From Narcine bancroftii (lineage: Eukaryota): 64,000 nt of DNA. The DNA is taken from contig NC_091480.1 in NCBI RefSeq assembly GCF_036971445.1, forward strand, positions 5,828,001-5,892,000, given 5' to 3'. This document shows, piece by piece, positions 37,401-48,900 of the stretch. The notes under the pieces are model-generated. The model did not search any database, was not told the DNA's origin, and saw only the letters and a list, made by a program, of their open reading frames with translations. The position numbers were made by a program, and so were the translations under genes. Numbering within the stretch: position 1 is the first letter of the stretch; every line of letters starts with the position of its first letter.

Positions 37401-40400
37401 GATCCTCTGGTTCACGCCGCTGTGGTTGCTGAGGGTGTCTCTACCAGTTCACCCGAGGCCCTCGCTTTTGGTGTCTTGCAGCAGCTTCTTGCTGCTGGGC
37501 CTTATGTTAAAAGGGGCAGTAATGTGTCCAGCAAGTTGGATCGGGCCATCCTGAAGAAAAACACTGGGCCGTTTGATGTGAGTTTTCCTTCTCGACAAAA
37601 AGTGTTCATTTTGACATTTTTAAAATCTGCATTGAATCTGATTTTCTCTTACAACATTTTCCTGTGCCCAGGTTTCAGTTTTCAGTGCTGGCTACTCTGA
37701 CTCCGGGCTGTTTGGGATCTACACCATCTCACAATCTGCTTCTGCAAGTGATGTACGTATAAACCTTGCCATACGTCCTAGCTGCATTGAAATCTCAGTC
37801 CATCTGCTGCCATGAGGTTCACGCTTGCTGCAGAACCTCAGTGATGCCAGAATGATTTGTTGCTTCACTATTATTGAACAAGGAGAGGAGCTTTACAGCT
37901 AATTTGCATATCAATAGATCTCTCCATCAGGAGAGACGGGATTTTCTTTGCAGGATAGCTGGATCGTGGTCAAATAAAGGTCTTTAAAATTCTGAAAGAT
38001 TCAGCGAGAAGATCTTTCAACTTCCAGGGAAGAGAATCCAATACTGTAATGTAGGAAGTGTTAGAGAATTTAGCAGAAATGCTATCACACTGAAAGGCAA
38101 GCAATAATAAGTTTAGATTTAGACGTATGGCACAGTAACAGGCCCTCCTGGCCCACGAGCCCGTGTTGCCCAAATACCCCAATTAACATACAACCCCTGT
38201 ATGTTTTGAAGGGTGGGCGGAAATCGGAGCACCCGGAGGAAACCCACACAGACGTGGGGAGAACGTACAAACACCTTGCAGACAGCTCTGGATTGGAACC
38301 TGGGTCTCTGGTGTGTAATAGTGTCACACTAACCGCTCTGCTAACTGATGCCCCATGAGGGAGAAAATAATAGAATCAAAAGGGAGAAAGGAAGAGAATT
38401 CAATACTGTACACTTAACATCTTTTAAGGGACTATTAGATAGGTACATGGAACAGAGACAAATGGAGGGTTATGTCATGGAAAAATTCATGGCAGATGTT
38501 GGAGTAGGTTATTAGGTTGGCACAACATGGTGGGGCAAAGGGCCTGTACTCTGGCTTTCTACGTTCTATATTAATATCCAAAATGGAATTTAGCAGAAAC
38601 TTCTTCACTCAAAAGGAATGTGACATTGATGCTGACCGAGGCAAGCATGAGGGAGAAAGGAATAGAGGTACCGAAAGGATTAAAACAAAATGTGATGAGA
38701 GGTGGTGGGAACATCAAATGGACCAACTGGGCCTGCTTTATGGGAAAACCAGCAGCACTTTTTGTGTGCCAGTTTAGCACAACTAGACATTTCAGTTTTA
38801 CAGGTGAGTTATGAATCAGTTTGTGGTTTGACTGATGTTTGTAGATGGAGGGTGTGTTGGAAGGTGGTGATGATTGGACCAAGGTGGGGATATCATCTGT
38901 CCCTTTCCTTCAGATCATCCTGCCCTTAATTTGTGCAACTAATTACGCTTGAACATTAATGTGGCTGTTAAATTGGAAACTAAGGCATTTTAGCACAACC
39001 ACTGGTCGGGAGGTGAAATGGGCAGGCTTCCAGAGGTCGGGAGGTGAAATGGGCAGGCTTACAGAGGTCGGGAGGTGAAATGGGCAGGCTTCCAGAGGTC
39101 GGGAGGTGAAATGGGCAGGCTTCCAGAGGTCGGGAGGTGAAATGGGCAGGCTTACAGAGGTCGGGAGGTGAAATGGGCAGGCTTACAGAGGTCGGGAGGT
39201 GAAATGGGCAGGCTTACAGAGGTCGGGAGGTGAAATGGGCAGGCTTACAGAGGTCGGGAGGTGAAATGGGCAGGCTTACAGAGGTCGGGAGGTGATATGG
39301 GCAGGCTTACAGAGGTCGGGAGGTGAAATGGGCAGGCTTACAGAGGTCGGGAGGTGAAATGGGCAGGCTTACAGAGGTCGGGAGGTGAAATGGGCAGGCT
39401 TACAGAGGTCGGGAGGTGAAATGGGCAGGCTTACAGAGGTCGGGAGGTGAAATGGGCAGGCTTACAGAGGCAGTTTCCACTGAAGATGTGGAAATGAGAC
39501 TTTATAATGGAAAAGGCTGACAAGAAGGGTGGAAGGATTAATGTGCAGCATGGGATAAGGTTAAAGTAAAAATATAACATCAGTTGATGCAGCCTGTGTT
39601 CCAACCAGATTGATCCTCGAATATTCTCTTTCCTTCATAGAGTATTTTGATTGATATTTTCAAAGGGTATAATAGATGAGTAGACACCAGGATTACAGGG
39701 CTTGAGTTGTAGAGGCGAGATAGGATGGGTCTTGTAGAAATCTGAGGGTGACCTCATAGAGCTTTATAAAATCAGGCAGGGTATGGATAAAGTGAATGTG
39801 CTCAGTTTTTTTTCCCCAGGGTAGATGATCTAAAAACTAGGGGGCACAAGTATAAGAGGAGAGGTCTGTATCTGGAACAAGCTACCAAAAGAAACAACAG
39901 AACCAGGTATGACTTTGAAGTGTTAGGAAGGATATGGACCGTATGCAGGCAAATGGGACTAGCCCAGAATGCCAACAGCAAGTTGGGCCGAAGGGCCTGT
40001 TCCATGCTGTCTGACTCTGACATTCTGGTTTAGTGTGCTCATCAGAAATTGACGAAAACAAGGACTACATTTTATTCTAGAATTGCCATCACAGTTTTTT
40101 TTTTGCTCTTGTCCATTTTTGTTGAAATGTGTTAATTTTGATTTCCAGGTGATCAAGACTGCATTGGCTGAAATCAAGAGTGTTGCTCAAGGCAGGGTCA
40201 CTGAGGATGAGGTTCAACAGGCCAAGTAAGCTGAGTACCTTCCACCCCCTACTTGCTGCCCTGCAGACCGCGATGGTTTCTGTGAGACAGAACCTTTGAG
40301 AAAGGGAAGAACAAATGCTCATCCCTGGCAGTAGCTGGGTGTGAGTGTACAGAATGGCTTGCTAAAGTTACGTTAGACACCATTGGGAATAAAGCCCCTG

Positions 40401-43400
40401 TTGGGAGCTGGGAATAAAAAAAACAGGAAATGCTGGAAATATTCAGTACAAGTCAGGATTTCAGATCGAAGAGTGTTAATTCTGGAGAGCAATTAGCAAC
40501 TGCTGCAGAACCTTTAGGAGCACAGAAAAAAATTAAGACAGCAAGGAAGGAAGACACAACATACAAGAAGTTCAGGTGATTGATTCTCAGGTGAGAGGTG
40601 GAGGCCATTCAGCCCTTCATTCTTTTCTGTGCAGCTTTGGAATTTTTTTCCCCTTTGCAATTGTTTGAGCTTGTCGACATTTGGCACAGAGGCAGGGCCA
40701 AGAATGTTGATCCAGATCTACAATCTCACCCCAGGAACTGGGGAATTTAAACACAAACACATTAATGCACTGGGAAAGAAATCAGTTATTGGCTGTCATT
40801 TCTGTCTTGAGATTCACATGAGTTCTCCAGATCAGGAAATCTCTGGTCCTCGACCAGTCTGGTGTAGTTCACTCTGCCTGCTCACCTGATGGACGATTGT
40901 AAAGGACCATCAGAGCTGGCAAAGCAACAGTCCATGTCACGTGAATAAATAAACAAAAAAACCCATTGCTTATTTGCTGCTGTATTTAGCTGCCCAGAAC
41001 CTTTAGGGAGTGTGTTCCATATTTCTTATTTTTGGGAGGGGAGAGGGTGAGAGGAGGAATCTTATTTTCTCCAAATCTCTCGTCTTCCATACATTTCCCT
41101 TCCACTGGGTTACTGGACCTCTGGTTGGGAAGAGGTGCTGCATTTGAATTCCTGCCACCAGGAACAGCTCAGAGAAGCAAAGTTTTTGATGCAATGGGGA
41201 AATTCTAGGCAACAAAATTCACATTTAAGCTGCTTCGTTTGAATGATGCTGGTTTTGCTTTGCAGAAACCAACTCAAGGTCAAGTGCTTGATGGCTGTGG
41301 AAACATCCGACGGGTTGCTGGATGAGCTTGCTTCCCAGGCTCTGTTGACGGGTATTTTCATGCCCACCCCTGATCTGGTTCAGCGGGTCGACTCTGTGTC
41401 CCTTGTGGATGTGGTGAATGTGAGTAGTGCTCTGTAACATTCGCATGGCATCACCATCACCCTCTCTGCTCCCTTCTCTGCTGTGAGGTTAGCTACTCAT
41501 TCCTACCTACTACCTTGCTTAAGGATGTACATGTGTGGGAGACAGTGCTTTAAGATGCATCAGGGGTAGGCAGGACCCAGCCACCAGCTTTTACCTTTGT
41601 CCTGATGCAGCTACCTAAAAATTTGGTTAGGTTGCACTCAGAATTTACATTTCTGGCCGTCCCATTGCAGGAAGAACATGGCAGCTTTGGAAAGGAAGCA
41701 GAAGAAATTTACCAGAACATAGAGCACTACAGCACATTATAGGCCCTTGATGTTGTGCCGACCCATATATTCCTTCAAAAAAAGTACTAAACCCTCCCTA
41801 CCCTGTAACCCTCTAGATTTTTCTTCTATCCATGTGCCTAAGAGTTCCTTAAATGCCCCTAATGTCTCAGCCTCCACCACCATCCCTGGAAAAACATTCT
41901 AGGGACCCACAACTTTCTGTTTAAAAAAAACGCTTACCCTCGATGTCTCCCCTAAACTTCCCTCCCTTAAATTTGTACACACGTCCTGTGGTGTTTGCTG
42001 ATCCTGCCCTGGGAAACAGATACTGGCTGTCCACCCTATCTATGTCTCTCATAATTTTGTAGACCTCTATTGCCTCCTCTCTTCTTTCTATGGTCCAAAG
42101 AGAAAAGTCCCAGCTCTGCTAACCGCACCTCATAAGACTTATTTTCCATTTCAGGTGACATCCTGATCAATTTCCTCTGCACCCTCTCCACAGCTTCCAC
42201 ATCCTTCCTATAATGAGGTGACCAGAACAGAGATTTGTAGAATTGTGACATGACCTCTCAACTCCTGAACTCAATCCCCCTATTAATGAATCCCAGCATC
42301 CCATAGGCCTTCTTAATTATCCTATCAACCTGTGGGTAGGGCAGTAAATGTGGTCTACATGGAGTTTAGTAACACATTTGATAAGGTCACCAATGAGAGA
42401 CTCATCCAGAAAGTCATGAGGCATGGGATCCATGGAACCTTGGCTGTGTGGATAAAAAAACTGGCTTGCAGAGAGTAGTAGTGGAAGGAAAGTATTTTGG
42501 CTGGAGATCTTTTGTTACCTCCTCATTTAGGTTTGTGAGACACGACCTTCCCTTCATAAAACCATGTAGACTATCCTTGATTGACTGGACTCCTCCTAAT
42601 GCTCATAGATCCTATCCTTAAGAATCCTCTCCAATAGTTTGTTGGTTTAAAGCGATAAGGAGAGGTTGGGTTGTTTTCTGAGGAGCAGCAGAGGCTGAGG
42701 GGAGTCTTGATAGAATTATGAGATGTCTTATAGGATAGGGGATAGACAAATATTTTGCCATGGTAAAATAAATGCCACAAACTCGAAGAACTGCATCTGA
42801 GGTGAAAGGTAAGTGGCGGGGAGAGGGGGGTAAAGTTTGAAGGAGATGTGGTTTGGCAGAAAATAAGAAGGAAAATCCCAAGGGTTTCTTCAGTATATTA
42901 AGAGCAAAAGGATAGTAAGGGACAAAACTGGTCTCCTTGAAGATTTGAGTGATCAACTTTGTATGGAGTCAAAAGAGATGGGGCAGATCTTAAATTTTTT
43001 TTCATCAGTATTCAGGAAACAGGGACGGAATCATGGGAAGTAAGGAAAATAAGCAGTGAGGTCATGAAATTTCTACAGATTGAAGAGGAGAAGGTTCTTG
43101 TTGCCTTAAAGCAAATAAGGGTGGTTAAATCCCCAGGGCCTGACAAGATATTCCCTCAGACCTTGAGGGAGGGTAGTGTAGAATTTGCAGGGGCCCTGGC
43201 AGAAATATTTGAAATGTCCTTAGCCATGGGCGTGGTGCCAGAGAATTGGAGGGTAGCTCACGAAGTTCCGTTGTTTAAAAAAGGCTCCAAAAGTAACCCT
43301 GGAACTTACAGGCTGGTGAGCCTGATGTCAGTAGTAGGTAAATTGTTGAAAGGTGTTCTAAGAGATCTTGAAAACAATTTTTTTGAGTAGCCAGAAACTG

Positions 43401-45093
43401 ATTAGGGATGGTCAACATGGCTTTGAGTGTGGTAGGTTATGTTTATCAAATTTCAGAGTTTTTTGAGGAGGTCACCAGGAAAGTTGTCTGCATGGATTTT
43501 GTTAAGGCCTTTGACAATGTCCCACATGGGATGTTAGTCAGGAAGGTTAAGATGCTCAGTATTCATGTTGAAGTAGTGAACTGGATTTGACAATGGCTGG
43601 ATGGGAAAGCCAGAGAATAGTGGTGGATGATTGCTTCTCAGATTGGAGGTTTGTGGCTTGTGGTGTGGCACTTTCAGATAGGACATCCTTCCCTTAATTT
43701 GTGCAACTAATTTGGAGTGTGCAGTTTTGATTTGCTAACACTGGAGCCACATCAATAAGATAGAAGAGGGCAGAGAAGATTTACTAGGATGTTGCCCAGA
43801 CTTCAGGAACTGAGTTACAGGGAAAGGTAAAACAGGTTAGGACTTTATTCCCTAGAGCATAGAAGAATGAGGGGAGATTTGACAGCGGGATTTAAAATTA
43901 TGAGGGAAATAGACAGAGTAAATGTTGGTTGGCTTTTTCCACTGAGGGTAGGTGGGATACCAATCAGAGGACATGGGTTAAGGATGAAAGGGGAAAAGTT
44001 TAGGGGAACATGAGGGGGAACTTCTTCACACAGAGAGTGGTGGGAGTGTGGAATGAGCTCCCACCTAAAGTGGTGAATGTGGGCTCAATTTTAACATTTA
44101 CGTAGAATTTTGATACACACATAGGTATGGAGGGCTATGAAGTAGATGCAGGTTAGTGGGACTGGGCAGAAAAATAGTTTGGCAAAGACTAGAAGGGTAG
44201 ATGCGGCCTGTATCTGTGCTGTCATGTTATTTGTGAGAGGCAAGTTTTTTTAAACTCAGACTGGTGGGTGCCTTGAATGGACTGCCAGGGGTAGTGGTGA
44301 AAGAAGAGATTACAGTAGCGTGTTTTTCTCGATTGACAAGTAAATGTGGAGGAAATAGAGGGATATGGATTTAGTTATGGAGTCCAGTGCAGATACCATG
44401 GGCATATTCCTCTGCTGTTCTGTTCAATATCCTGACTCCCTACACACTCTTTCCTAGAGAAGTGAGCACAGGAACTCTGTCTAGCCTCAGCCAAAACACT
44501 TCACAATCTATGGGATGTTCAGAATACAGGGATTTATTGCCTCTAAGATAGAAAGTATTGATGTTTGTACAAATATAGCTAGGGGAGAAACAGAAGCCCT
44601 GGCTGGAACAGCGTCAAGGATCTAAATGTCGTTCCTCTTTGATGACATGATGTTGGGCTTGTTGACCTGGTGATGCAGCAACAATGTTGTACACAGAGCT
44701 GTGACCCACTTCTATCCATCCATCTCCCAGCGGAACCGTTGGGGTCAGACTTTATTGGGCCTCAACCTGTGCCAGGGAGGATGGGGGAAGAGGCTGTAGT
44801 TGTCGGCAGTCAGGAGATGAGAGTTCGCTGGCTGAAGTGGGGCCAGTGCTGCCGTCTGTAGGGTTTTGGCACACATCACTCTCGGCAGATGGTGGGGAGG
44901 AGTGAAGAAATGAACCTTTGTAATAACAACTTGCATTTGAGGAGCTTGCTTGGGTAGAGGGGAGTAATGCAGTGTCCACTCTCTAATGCAACCTCTCTCT
45001 TACCTGCAGGCTGCAAAATCGTTTGTTTCTGGGAAGAAGTCAATGGCAGCCAGTGGGAATCTGGCCCATACCCCCTTTGTCGATGAGTTGTAA
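22003..45093 (+). CDS. UQCRC2: Cytochrome b-c1 complex subunit 2 (core protein 2), mitochondrial, 457 aa
   Basis: 14 GT-AG exons: 22003-22047, 24692-24775, 27245-27394, 28421-28485, 31164-31220, 31769-31893, 34070-34167, 34265-34322, 35179-35274, 37378-37577, 37672-37752, 40149-40225, 41266-41419, 45010-45093 (TAA). Total 1374 nt, in frame. Diagnostic peptides: [77 protein letters not shown]. The N-terminus is Arg-rich and presequence-like. Confidence 0.98.
22322..22410. repeat. 19-bp GC-rich tandem repeat, ~4.5 copies, in UQCRC2 intron 1
   Basis: Unit CGGGCCCGGGGAGGGAGCG. Confidence 0.9.
22560..23550 (-). mobile_element. Rex1/Babar-type LINE fragment
   Basis: [24 protein letters not shown]...YKFADD and [22 protein letters not shown] remnants. 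Confidence 0.85.
23665..24090 (-). mobile_element. Penelope-like element fragment (GIY-YIG C-terminus and UTR)
   Basis: [27 protein letters not shown] remnant and GAAATGCTGGAGGAACTCAGCAGG end. Short palindromic derivatives occur at about 1570-1750, 16460-16612 and 28930-29080. Confidence 0.65.
25680..26620 (-). mobile_element. CR1-type LINE fragment
   Basis: [11 protein letters not shown]...[25 protein letters not shown]. Confidence 0.85.
29090..29970. mobile_element. Degenerate L1/Tx1-like LINE 3' fragments
   Basis: A-rich tail-like segment, plus sequence resembling the C-terminal ARRAILIKW motif near 29880-29910. Confidence 0.4.
35800..36305 (+). mobile_element. Rex1/Babar-type LINE 3' fragment
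   Basis: [11 protein letters not shown]...[10 protein letters not shown] peptide and GATTCT tail. Confidence 0.75.
39004..39470. repeat. 31-bp minisatellite, 15 copies, in UQCRC2 intron 11
   Basis: Unit GGTCGGGAGGTGAAATGGGCAGGCTT(A/C)CAGA, nearly invariant. Confidence 0.95.
41710..44230. mobile_element. Cluster of CR1-type LINE fragments (41710-42330 on -, 42335-44230 mostly on +)
   Basis: [39 protein letters not shown] and [13 protein letters not shown]-region motifs. Confidence 0.85.
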
Positions 45094-45148
45094 ACTTGTT
45101 CTGCGATCAATTCAATCTGGCTAAGTTGTGTTGGCTCTATTGCAGCCT

Positions 45149-45154
45149 AATAAA
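45149..45154 (+). terminator. UQCRC2 polyadenylation signal
   Basis: AATAAA 55 nt after the stop codon, followed by GT-rich sequence. Confidence 0.7.
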
Positions 45155-45190
45155 ATATGTATCATTGTCCCAGAGGTGGTGTCTGCATTG

Positions 45191-45196
45191 TTTATT
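45191..45196 (-). terminator. Candidate PDZD9 polyadenylation signal
   Basis: TTTATT on + (AATAAA on -), ~700 nt downstream of the PDZD9 stop codon. Confidence 0.5.
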
Positions 45197-45902
45197 CATG
45201 CAAAAGTCTAAATTTGAAGAATCACTGTTATATCACCATCTTTACTCTATTGTTGGCCAATTTTATATTGGCAAAGCATGATGTGCTTTCTTTGGCTGCG
45301 TGAGGTTCTTTTGTTGAAGAATACTTCACCTCATCGATGTAAGCACGGTTTCCACATGTGAAAAGGACTTTGACTGTTAGGTCCTGCATGGTGTGAATGT
45401 GTGCAAATTCTATAGTTACATAGCCAGTCTCCAAAGTTACTGGGAGATTCCTTTGGTTGTGGGAATCCAGTGAATGCAACAAGACCATAAAATTTCAAAT
45501 ACTGCACTGGGGTTAATTTCTCGCGGAAGAGAGTTCTAAAGAGAAGTTTTTTTTCTCCTGAGTGTGGACATTTCCTAATGCGGAAAAGGGAAAATGCAAA
45601 GAATCCACAAAAGTCACATTGTAACTGTCCGGTGGGGGCAGGGGTAGGGAGGGAAAGATGAGGAGTAATGAGTAAAGTCTAAAATTGTGAATGCAGCTGA
45701 GAATGTAAACTTATGGTTTTAGTCTCTCGAGAATTCTGTAGGAAATTTGGGAGGCTCTGCTTTCATCATACAAAATGCTCTCATGGTGAGTGGTTCAGAT
45801 GAAGTTTGTGTGAGAGCTGGTTGGGCATGTGGAGAAGGTAAGAACAGGATCTGCTGGTGTTTATGAGGAGTCGAGAGGAGTTCTGTGCTGGGAATCTGAA
45901 GC

Positions 45903-48900
45903 TTAGGTTGTGACATCAACAGCAGACCCATGGTGGCTGAAGTGATGCTCTTCGAGAGTTGTGTCCAAATTGGAAGAATCTGTCTCAGGATCCCCTGAGG
46001 TGACGACTGAAGAATGTGTGTCTGTGGATTGTGCGTAAGTGCCTGAGGAAACACTGTGGAAATGCTGCAGGAAGAACTCTATGCTGGGCAAGGTGGCACT
46101 CTCAGGGTCGAGGGTGGAGATGCTGCTCTGCTCCCCCATCTCCATTGCCAATGGCTGCAGCTGAGATTGGCCAGGGACCACGTGGGCTGACTTGCCTGTG
46201 GTCCTCTCGTGCTGGGTGTCACCTTGGGGAAGGTTGAAGTCCGAAGACTGGAGCTCCCTGATCCACTGCAAGTCAGAGGAGGAGGAGGAGGAAGAGGAGG
46301 AGCTGACAGTGTCTGGCTGCTCAAGCCAAGGAGCATATAGTGGAGCAGCCTCAACTTCACCTTCATCCACCACCTGGTCATCTTCAAACTTGCGGTGGAG
46401 CACGATGTCGCAGTCGACGTGGGAACCAACGATCAGCACATTCCTGTTCTTCCGGGAAGCATGCCATGTTCTGGAAACGGGTGGGATGGAGATGCTACGG
46501 TCATGCCAGAATAAAGAGAGGGGCCGAAAGTTCTTGAACCGGGCCCTAGGGGTTTGATCATCGTCATCAGTGCTGCTGCTGGAAAGGCTGAACTCCCCTT
46601 CCTCACTGCTGAGCTGGACACTAGACAGAAGGAGAGACTTGTCTTTATACCAAACCTTCCTCAACTGAGGCAGCAGCCACGTCTATCAAGAATGGAGGCA
46701 TTCCCCTAGCTCAGCCTTCCTCCTCTTTTTGAAATTTTGATTTTTGATTTTACAGATTCGTGCTTTATGAACAATATAGATCAATCATCTCCTTTTACAG
46801 AGCACTTTGCGTCTAGTTTTTTTTAACCCCCTTCCCTCCTCCCACCCCCATCCTCCGTCCCGCCCCAAATTAACAAAAACAGACATTCAAATATATTAAA
46901 ACAACAAAACAAAAAAGGGACAGAAAAAAAGATTTTGGAGGGTGTTGACGACTGGGCCTCAACATTGTTTCCTCAATCTTGGCATTCTGGGACTGGTGTG
47001 AGCTAATTATCCATTGTTCCCTTTAAAGAAAGGCAAGGGAAGGTTAATTACACCTGCGTGCCAATGAACTGCAGTTATGGTCGCGACACCTCAACAAACG
47101 TGTCATACTTCCTCCTCATGTTATTGGTGATTTTCTCCAGGGGAAATACAGCTCTGCATCTCTATGTTCCATCGTTTGGCGCTCAGTTGGGAGTCAGATT
47201 TCCAGTTAAACGCTATACATTTGCTGACCACTGCCAAGGCAACATTAACAAATTGAATTTGATGTTTGGACAGTCTTAGACTCACGTCCATAATATCCCC
47301 CAACAGGAACAACGCTGGGTCATGACGATATTCCAGCCCTGTAATTTTCTCCAGAATGTCCCTTCGTTCTACCCAAAAGGGTCTCACCTTGGTGCATCGC
47401 CAGGTTGAATGTACAAAGACTTCTGTCTCCAAGTCAGATCTAAAGCACAATTCTGAAATCTCTGACATTAACTTTTGCAATGTACGATGGGAATTCCTCC
47501 ATTTTCTCAAAGTTATCCATTAACTCGGATTTATACAATTGGATGTAAAACTGCTTAAATGCTTCATTTATTTCTTTTTGGTTTTTAAGAGATTCTGTCT
47601 GCCTCTTTTTGGATTACATTAATTGTCCTTGCGGTTCCCTCTGAACTGCAAGACAATTCATTATTAGCTCTTTTCCCCCAGCTCGTGATACCTTTGCTTA
47701 GTTCTTAGTATTGATTTTTCCATCTTATACGTTTGCATAGTGTTATAGTTGAGCTTTTTAATTTGTTAACACTCTATTTTTCCTCAGAGCCTGATTTTTG
47801 ATCATCCTTTTCCAACTGAGTTATCTCATTAACCTCCCTCATATATTCTTTCTTAATGCCTTTAGTATATCCAATTTTCTGACCTCTGAAGTAGGCTTTA
47901 AATATATCCCATATCATAAATTTGTCAACAGTGGAGGTACAGTTTGTCTTGCAAAATATTTCTATTTGAGTTCTAATGTAACTACAAAATTTTAGTTTTC
48001 TCAATACAAACAGGTTAAGGTGCCACCTGAATGCCATAGGTTATTTGTCTGGCATGGCAATAGTTAAAGGTGAATGATCTGATAATAGCCTTGCCTTGTA
48101 CTCAGTTTCCATAATCTTATCTCTAGCTGGGCCAAGGCCAGAAACAAATCAATTCTGGTGTAAGAATCATGTTATCTCGAGTTAAAGGAATAATCCCTCT
48201 CCCTCGCGTGCCACTGTTTCCAGATGTCCAGCAAGTTTAGCTCCTTCATGAGGGCCAGAGTTGTTTTTGCTGCCCTCATCACTTTCTTCTGACTTGTTCA
48301 ATACTGGATCCAGGCAAAAGTTAAAATTCCCTCCAATGAAGACATTTTCCTGCCTTCTGCCAAGTGTAAAACGACACTTTGTATACATTTTTCATCATCA
48401 AAATTGTAGGCGTATATATTCATTAGTGTCCAGGATTCTGAATATATTTGACAGTGCACTGTTACAATTCTTCCCACTGGGTCTTGGAATGTGTTTTCCA
48501 CCCTTAATAGAACATTTTTCTCTCTTAAAATAGCTACTCCCCTAGCCTTGGAAGTAAAGGAGAACACTGTCACATGCCCTTTCCAATCCCATTTTAATTT
48601 TTGATGCTCGCTACTTGTAAGATGGGTCTCTTGTAAAAAAGCCACATCCACTTGTATTTTTAAAACGTGCCAAGTCTCTCCTTATCTCCTTGGTTTTGCT
48701 GACATTAAGTGTGAGATTGTTGGTGCACCTTTCAGCCATAGTATATGACAATAACATTATTAGCATTAAATCTACCATTATTTAGCAATGAAATTTCCAA
48801 ACTTTACCTTTGAGTTGACAATGCTCTTGCTGCAGCTCTCCAGTGATCGGAGATTTCCTTGTAATTTCGGTACACAATAATCTGCAGTTGAGTTCCTGTT

